Assembly (NCBI GenBank): GCA_951406725.2
Contig: OX597815.1
Coordinates: 14,260,001 to 14,324,000, forward strand
From: Octopus vulgaris
Taxonomy: Eukaryota
Length of the DNA: 64,000 bases
Direction of reading: 5' to 3'
Position numbers and translations under genes: made by a program. Numbering within the stretch: position 1 is the first letter of the stretch; each line of letters starts with the position of its first letter. The notes beneath the pieces are model-generated. The model searched no databases and had not been told where the DNA came from. It saw nothing but the letters and a program-made list of their open reading frames with translations. Shown here piece by piece: positions 55,354 through 64,000 of this stretch.

Positions 55354-56153
55354 CATGTATGTATGTTTGTATTGTGAGTATGAATATGCATGTACGAAAA
55401 TAATAACAATGCACAGATACACAGATTCGCAGAGATGCTTACAGACACATACACTAAACAGATTACAAAAAATAAAACTCATTTCTGTGCTTATATAATT
55501 ATTTCTTCATTTATTAGTGCCTACATATTTTTTTATGATTGTGCACATAGAATAAATGTAAATGTTAGCATAATATAATATATACACACACATACATTCA
55601 CGGTCACACAAATATATATATATATATATAGAATACACTTATTCATATATATACATTTACATATGCGTGTGTGTGTGTGTGTGTGTGTAATATAAATACT
55701 TTCTTTTCTCGTGTTTGTTTATAAGAGATATACCTAGAAGCATAGCGCAAAATAGGATTAAACCTATCGTAAATCAAATTTTCCCTCCCATATCGTCAAT
55801 GAATACTAATAATGTTTGACTTGCTCCTAAAGTCACAATTCCTGTCGTTGCTTTTATTATGAAAAAAAATTGATTTGGCGAAAATAATATATTACATTGC
55901 TGCGGTGTATATGAAATGTTTTTCAAAAGCGTTTAGATTTATTTTTAGTGAGGGATTTTCGTTTGTTTGTTTTTTTTTTGTTTTTTTTCAGTAACTTCAT
56001 TTATTTATTTATTCATTTATTTATTTTGTCTTTTGAAATTATATTTATTTTCTGTACATAGATTTACTTGATACTATTTATCAATTATATGTATATAGAC
56101 ATAAGTGCAATGTGTGTGTACATATATACATATATACATATATACAGATATAT

Positions 56154-56234
<81 letters not shown>

Positions 56235-56347
56235 TTATATGTATATATATATATGTATATATATATGCATGTATATATCATGTATATATTATGTATATAT
56301 ATATACATATATATTTATATACATATATATATATATGCATATATATA

Positions 56348-56381
<34 letters not shown>

Positions 56382-56424
56382 TTACAAATATATAAAAATA
56401 TATACATTTATTTATATAATATAT

Positions 56425-56469
<45 letters not shown>

Positions 56470-56544
56470 TACATATATATATACATGTTTCTATGTACAT
56501 GTATATAAATATATAAACACATACATATATATAGCTATACATAC

Positions 56545-56575
<31 letters not shown>

Positions 56576-57229
56576 CATATGTGTGTGTATCTATATGTAT
56601 ACAAATATGAATTATGTATGATTTACACTAATGCATACATTTCTATGTGCGTGCTTATATACTTACATATATGTTTGTGTGTGTTGTGTGTGTGTGTGTG
56701 TGTGTACATATACGTATATACACACACATAAGCAATGAAGTACATAGATATACTTAAAATTGCCCTTTTCTCTAGAAATTACAGCTGTAATATTTTAAGT
56801 CAAGTGTCATCCCAAATGAATTTTTGATGTCAAACAAAATAATTCATTTTGTTTGAAAATTATTGAGCCAACGATACTTCAGAGAGTAAGGTTGCATTCT
56901 GGATCTTTATGTTTTTCATTATATATATCATTAAATTTGACGTGTAACCTATGTAGACTTTTAAGGTCGTTTTATATTACTTTGGAGGAGCGAAAGTAGT
57001 GCTTCGTTAGATGATGAGGTCGATGGGGCTGCAATTTTTACAAGATATTGGAAACGTTGTCGGGGATGCATTGTAGGGTTATGATAGGATGAGAATAGGT
57101 ATTACTAGGCATGGCCGTATGCAGTTGGCTGGACCCAAGAGGCAGGGTCTATGTTTGTAGGGGCAGAAGCAGAGCGAAACACGTCAATGTAAACTACTCA
57201 TTCTTGTTGTTGTAATCTACTCATTCTTA

Positions 57230-57372
57230 TTATTGTTGTTGTTGTTGTTGTTGCCGGTGGTGGTTGTGTTAGTGGTGGTGGAGGTAGTGCTGCTGCTGCA
57301 ACCGGTGGTGTTGGTGGTGTTGGTGTTGTTGTTGGTGGTGGTGGTTGTGGTGGTTGTTGTTGTTGGTGGTGG

Positions 57373-57403
<31 letters not shown>

Positions 57404-57660
57404 GGTGGTGGTGGTGGTGGTGGTGGTGGTGGTGGTGGTGTTGTTGGTGGTGGTGTTGGTAGTGGTGGTGGTGGTGGTGCTGTTGGTGTTGGTGTTGTTG
57501 GTGTTGGTGGTGTTGGTAGTGGTGGTGGTGCTGTTGGTGTTGTTGGTGTTGGTGTTGGTGTTGTTGTTGTTGGTGGTGGTGGTGGTGGTGTTGGTGGTGG
57601 TGGTGGTGGTGCTGCTGCTGCTGCTGCTGCTGGTAGTGGTGCTGGTGCTGGTGTTTGGGA
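57230..57660. repeat. (GGT)n/(GTT)n/(GCT)n trinucleotide low-complexity tract
   Basis: Seen directly; a similar (GGT)n/(GAT)n tract lies at 58310-58640. Confidence 0.93.
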
Positions 57661-59349
57661 TCGACGATGGTGGTGATGGTGGCTTCGTCGTCATTTATTT
57701 AGCTTCATCTCAGTGTTGATTAAACAAACCCTTGGTCAAAGTTATTCCAGCATCGACCATCTCACATTTCCCTATGTGCAGTAAACATGACAACACAAGA
57801 CAAATACGGCAACGTGTGATTTCGAGATATTTGGCAGCTATTTTCCAACAAGTAGAACTGCAACATTAAGGCTATCTCGTTCATTCGTGAATCATGGATT
57901 ATGATTTTTTGTGTGTGAGTATCTCCTTACTACTCTGCCAAGTAAATTTAACTAAAAAATTTGGTTATAGCCTAATATTCTGCTGCATGGAATAACAACG
58001 ATAGCTCTGTCCTAACCATTTGTATACTTTTTTCTTCAATATGTGCTTCACTTACATTTTTAGAAAGTTTGTGACTGATGTTGAAATCTGAATTGTTTTC
58101 TCACTTTGAAACACAAGACCAACATTTGAGATGACGTTTTAGGAACGTTATAACAATAATTCTATAAAAAGGGTCAATGCAGAAAAGTTTGAGTGAGTTA
58201 AAGGACATTTGGTTTTTTTGAGTCTCAAAGTTTCTAGTCATAAATGCAAAATGGAAAGATGAGAGTGTTTTAGTATTTAATTAGTTTAGCACCAGCTCGG
58301 GAATGGTCGATGGTGGTGGTGGTGGTGGTGGTGTTAGTGGTGGTGGTGGTGGTAGTAGTGATGGTGGTGTTGGTGGTAGGGGTGTTAGTGGTGGCGCAAT
58401 TAGTGCTGCTGCTGCAACCGCTGGAGATACAGCAGCTGGTGGTGCTGGTGGCACTGCTAGTGCCTTCTGGTGGTGGCGAGTGGTGAATGGTGATCATAAT
58501 GATGATGATTACGATGATGATGATGATGATGATGATGATGACGATGACGATGATGACGATGATGACGATGATGACGATGATGACGATGACGATGATGATG
58601 ATGATTACAATGATGCTGATGATGATGATGATGATGACAGAATATAGTTAGTTTGTAAGAAAGTGTGTCGTGGTAATGACGTTAAGATAAAGCATCATTA
58701 TGATAATGAAAGTTCGTTGTATTATATTGGAAAACTCATTCAGTCACAGCATCGTACCACATTCAATTACATTTTCAGATAATGTGTGTGCATTATGAGA
58801 CAGTGAAGTTAAATTACATGAAAGTGTCGATAGTTTTTGCAAGATTGTTCACTAAATGAACATGTAGTTCCATTGCCCGACAGCATAATTATAATGTATG
58901 ATAGTGAAATGTATTTTGTTAGAGTAAGATGTTTCAAAGAACAGTTATATATTATGAAGAATATGTCCTTAGGAGTGAATTGTTGGATCTTTTGATTGCT
59001 TTTTGCAGAATACACATCTTAAATCCTGTCCTCAGATATTTCCCTAAACAAACAAAAAATGGACCTCGTCATGTTTTTGTAAATATTTGCAGCCCTAATA
59101 TTCGCCAGATCGCATGCATGTATTTCTATGAGAATGCGGGTGGATGGGTTTGTGAGTGCGTATGATTGTTGATAAATTTGACAGATAGAGAAAAAGAGAA
59201 GGATTAAGAGATGACGGTCAAGCTGATACGGTTCCAGATAAACCAACGCAGAGGTCAACGTTTTCATATGATGTTACTGACCAAACCTTGTGAATTATTA
59301 AGGCACTTAGGTCTCTTAAGTCTCAAATTTCCTGATTGATATACGTGTG

Positions 59350-59400
<51 letters not shown>

Positions 59401-59439
59401 CTATCTATCTATATATATATATATATATATATGTATCTA

Positions 59440-59542
<103 letters not shown>

Positions 59543-59979
59543 CCATTAACAGAAGTATTAACACACAAGGTGCTCTATATCATAACAATTATCGTGTTGT
59601 GTAGATATTTTTATTATTGCAAGTTTCGGGTTCAATTCCCTCTCGTGTGTAAAGAGAAGTTATTTCTGTAAATAATCTCAGATCAGAAACGAATTCTACA
59701 TCATTGATGTCCTTTTTTCCATATGATCAATATTCTATATTTCGCGAGGGTCTGCCTTCAGTGACAGGTAAGTCGTAGTTTATTTCCCATTCCTTTAATC
59801 TATCTATTCTATAAATGTCCATCATCAAGTTAGTATCATAGTTGGCAACAAAGGAAATCATGGTGATATTGTATGTCACATGTTGCAACGTATATTATAT
59901 TTATAAATTTTTTTTTCTTGAAGTAGATAATATCACTATAGCAAACAGATCTTAATTCTGAACATTATTATTACTGTTG

Positions 59980-60650
59980 TTTTCAACAGTTTCATGCAAG
60001 TTCCTGATGCATCATCAAGTGCACCCATCAACGTGTTGCTGTGAAGTATGCAAAATTGTCTTTGGAGTAAGTAGGCCAGTGTTTTGTGTAGTGTATCTTT
60101 GTGACTTTTTTGTGGAGTTCAGCTAGTAGTTCCTGATATGTTAATAGTTCTTCTATTGTGTGCAACGTCTGTTACATTTTTGTTGGGTTTCTAATGTGTT
60201 GAGCTACCGTTGTTATATATTATAGTGCCGAGCCGGGTGGTAATTATGTAGAGTGTGTAATGTGTGATTTGCGTAATATTAATAGATTGGGGCCATGTTG
60301 AATGTGAGTGGTATGTGAGTGGTGTGAAATATTGGTTTCGAGTATTATTTGTATAGGCTTCACTTTATATTTTAAGGATGGATCGTTTAGAATATGTGTT
60401 GCGAAGTTTGTGTAATTGTACTGAGAGCTATAGTATTGTGTGTCTAGTCTGGGCAAACACTGCGTTGCTTGAGTTGTTGGTTTGAATTAAAACTCTCTGG
60501 CGCAGGATGTAAACTGTACTTAGTGCTGTCTTGGGAACAAGGTTTGGTTTGTAAGCTTTTGTTCATTTTCTTTTTATCATACACATTGTTTCACTTATTA
60601 ACAAGAACTGTTTTTAACATCGTACCTCACATCTTGCTTAATTCAATTAC
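59980..60650 (-). mobile_element. Decayed Penelope-like 3' region (GIY-YIG remnant and hammerhead-like terminus)
   Basis: Minus strand PNLL...LYI.TTRL...AQHIRNP; downstream CUUGAUGA-UGCA...UGCA-U-GAAAC at ~59985-60020. Confidence 0.45.
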
Positions 60651-60653
60651 CCC

Positions 60654-60720
<67 letters not shown>

Positions 60721-61020
60721 CTCTTGAGTAATGTTTTGATCAAAGAAGATTGCGATGCCTAATCCCATGCCCCAAGCCGTTATTCTGCTACTTGAGTATT
60801 ATAGCTGAAAGTATTATACCTTGATACGTTGAATAAGCACCTGCCAGATGATTGTACCCGAGACGTTGTTGTGTACTGGGTTTGATAATATATCGTGTCT
60901 GTGTTTAGATTAAAATGTTGGTGTATGAACCATTTCGCATAGCAGACGGCTCCACTGAATTACCAAGAAATTGCTGGCGAGATATGATGAAGTCAACGGT
61001 TTCGTGGTTATGTAGTACAA

Positions 61021-61251
61021 AACGGCGAGCTGGTAGAAACGTTAGCACTCCGGGCGAAATGCTTAGCGGTATTCCGTCTGCCGTTACGTTCTGAGTTCAA
61101 ATTCCGCCGAGGTCAACTTTGCCTTCCATCCTTTCGGGGTCGATAAATTAAGTACCAGTTACGCACTGGGGTCGATATAATCGACTTAATCCGTTTGTCT
61201 GTCCTTGTTTGTCCCCTCTGTGTTTAGCCCCTTGTGGGTAGTAAAGAAATA
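61021..61251 (+). mobile_element. SINE family B with Tx1-like tail and 12-bp TSD
   Basis: TSD GGT(T/C)ATGTAGTA at 61006-61017 and 61252-61263. Confidence 0.9.
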
Positions 61252-61900
61252 GGTCATGTAGTATGTGCTTATTGTTGGCGTGTCTTTTCACTATTTTATC
61301 TTTGTGGATGCTTGAAGCAAGAATTACTCTTCTCTTGTTTCAGACGCTCAATTTCAGTTTTTAACCCAAAGCTTTTTAATCAATGTTAGCTTTCACTCTC
61401 GCTTTTTTCTCGTCAATCGGTCTTTGCAAGTTATTGGCTATGGTGTTTTTCTCCCAGTTTTCTTTTTCTTGAATATGCTTTGTAAACCCATTTTGATTTT
61501 AAACTCTTCAGTTGTTTTGTCTTTGAATAAATTTTTTTTAATTCATGCAATTACTTACCTGTATGTTACACCATTGCTTTCCTCATTTATAGAATTTATT
61601 TTACCGTATTACACGACACATTCCACTTCCGTCTTTCTAAACATATTTCGATTCCTTCTATTGCTGTTTTGTAGTGGTTTTCTGTTTGTATGGGACCCAA
61701 TCTTATTCAGTTTAGAATATGTATATTCTATCTGCAACAGGCTTTTGGATGATGGCCTTGGAAAGCTGTTATTCTATTCTCTTTACATCCAGTTTATTAT
61801 ACTAAAACTTTACGGAGAAATACATCGCGTAGCAAATGTTTTTATCTGAGATGATGTGTTGAAACTAAAATGATTGCATCGTTCGTTTTATGCTCAACTA

Positions 61901-62282
61901 TCTCTCTATATATAAACGGCAGTTTGTCTGTGCGTGTTTCTGTGTGTCTGTTTGCTTGTACCCTCACCCTGACCACGGCTTTCAACCGATTCTGATGAAA
62001 CTTGACACACACATAGCCCAATGTCATAATTCAAATCTAACGCAGCGAAAATTTTGAAAAGTTCCCCCAGTTCTGAAAAAATCGATAAATTCGACATGGG
62101 GTCGAGAATCAGAAACACAAACCATAAACTGTCTAGGGGACGCAACTCCACCTTTTTTAAATCTCAAAAAAAATTTACCATCATTTTTTCCATTTTTTTG
62201 CTATTTTTTGGCTATAACTCTCTAAAAATGCTTTATAGTTATTTCCCTTACAAACCTGAGCAACGCCGGGCGATACTGCTAG
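61901..62282 (+). mobile_element. Non-autonomous Helitron, complete
   Basis: A|TCTCTCTATATATAAA 5' end; CCTGAGCAACGCCGGG hairpin; CTAG|T 3' end; inserted between A and T. Confidence 0.88.
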
Positions 62283-63070
62283 TAATTTCTAAATGGAATG
62301 GTTAACATGCGTTTAGATCTCATAGTTCTGACTCTTCTTCACACTACTATCGTAGTCTTTCTTAATTTTTTCCTTTATGTCTGCTTCTGTCTTTTATCGT
62401 TTCCGGTTACACATAAGTATTTGTATAAGTAATTATGTACAGATTCTCGGCTTTCGCTGCCCTACGCATAATATATCATTCTCAGTCCTGGTTAATTTCT
62501 CTTCTAGGTCACTCTCAACGCTAGTTATTACAGCAGCTTTGGGCTTATTCCATACTAATTTTTATGCTTTATCTCAATTCATGAAAACCTTTGAAAAGAT
62601 TTTTTCCAGCTTGATATTTCTCGTAGATAGTTTCAAGTCAACCACATGATGGAGATTGTAGATAATTTGTTTTTAGCATCTGTATTCCATGATAATGTCA
62701 TCCAGCAGATTTGTTAATGAGATCAAAGCCAGGCAGTGTTGGGGATAATAAATTACTTCGGAATATTCCCCTTCTTATGGGTAAAAAAAAGGTCTTGATT
62801 GTCTCCACATTGCTTGCAACGCTATTGTTAACAATTTTGTCGTGGTATGACTGATTTACTTTCGTTTGGTTTAGAACTCCAGCATCGCCTTTATCTGAGA
62901 GTATTGGAATGCTAGCACATGTCTTTCTATTTGATGCTAGCCTTTGCTTCCTTGTTTTGTTTTTAGTGTCTTCTACAATCGCTCGATTTGTATATAGTAT
63001 AACTGCTATTATATATCGATACATACCTTTTCGGCACCGTTTATTTTCATGTTGTTCTGGTGATATACTC

Positions 63071-63286
63071 TTTACCCTTTTACTCTTTTACATGATTTAG
63101 TAGTCATTTGACTGCAGCCATGCTGGAGCACCGCCTTTGGTCGAGCAAATCGACCCCGCGACATATTCTTTGTAAGCCCATTACTTATTCTATCGGTCTC
63201 TTTTGCCGAACTGCTAAGTTACGGGGACGTAAACACACCAGCATCGGTTGTCAAGCAATGCTAGAGGGACAAACACAGACACACAA

Positions 63287-63351
<65 letters not shown>

Positions 63352-63510
63352 TACGACAGGCTTCTTTCAGTTTCCGTCTACCAAATCCACTCACAAGGCA
63401 TTGGTCGGCCCGGGGCTATAGCAGAAGACACTTGCCCAAGATGCCACGCAGTGGGACTGAACCCGAAACCATGTGGTTGGTTAGCAAGCTACTTACCACA
63501 CAACTACTCC
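63071..63510 (-). mobile_element. SINE family A
   Basis: Reverse complement of the 8336-8740 copy. Confidence 0.9.
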
Positions 63511-64000
63511 AGTTCATCAAATATATAACCAGCATGTTGTGTTTGTTTTCTGGCAATCATTTTATAGGACTAGATTTTGTGAGTCTCGAGTATACTGAAG
63601 GATGTGGATTAAAATGCTTTTCACCTCCAGCATCCAGTTAGATGTTGCTTCTTGTCTGTTTATTCTCTCTTTGGATGCTACTGCACGGAAACTAGTTAGT
63701 TGAGTCAACTAAAACTTAGAAATCTTGTTAACCGCCAGGTGCTTTCCAACAGGTTTAGTTTACAATGTGCTGGCGAGTTCTTTGCCAGTAATAATGAACA
63801 GTGCTACCGGTACCATTACGTAAAATGTATTTATCTCTTTACTTCTGATTCATTGTAGAATTTTAGTACACTAATTGTTTTTGTTCCATAATCTCCATCC
63901 AGAATACATGAAAGTTCATTGGTGTTGGTGTTGGTGTGCCTCCCAGCATTTTAAATGTCGTTAATGTCCCTGTAGAATCATTTGCTATTTGACTGAATTC

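Larger units (their letters stand above)
61264..63990 (-). mobile_element. Heavily decayed R4-like LINE RT region, interrupted by a Helitron and a SINE
   Basis: PIRRGIFRSNLLSP resembles the I.RGIFQGD.LSP motif; downstream VVDLKL resembles YMDDLKL. Confidence 0.5.

Noticed and set aside
57233-58647. Gly/Val-rich and Asp-rich ORFs resembling structural or biomineral proteins
   Set aside because: They consist of trinucleotide repeats, with no convincing start context or splice support.
61985-62003. CTGATGAAAC as a hammerhead core
   Set aside because: There is no stem II, and the string lies within the Helitron's internal CCGATTCTGATGAAACT motif.

Overview
AT-rich, microsatellite-dense eukaryotic genomic DNA. 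The repeat families resemble those of octopus (coleoid cephalopod); this assignment is from memory, not from a search. I can name no intact host protein-coding gene, and nearly all long ORFs in the track are translated microsatellites. The window is a mosaic of mobile-element remnants: three tRNA-derived SINE families, several R4/Dong-like LINE pieces, Penelope-like remnants with minimal hammerhead-like motifs and snap-back palindromes, a CR1-like LINE 3' end, mariner, Tc1 and DD37D fragments, non-autonomous Helitrons, a Merlin-like MITE carrying TTAGGG-type repeats, and a 67-bp minisatellite. The most interesting structure lies at about 36.1-40.3 kb. Two different L1/Tx1-type elements that encode only ORF1 (HAL1-like) sit inside a SINE array and end in the same 3' tail (AGCCCCTTGTGGG-AATAAAGAAAT) as one SINE subfamily. 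Most copies of this tail in the window are followed by a GGT-initiated target, usually the GGTATTTCG motif inside the SINE itself. This suggests a SINE-targeting Tx1-like retrotransposition system that builds 184-bp tandem arrays. A few candidate host exons are noted at low confidence.
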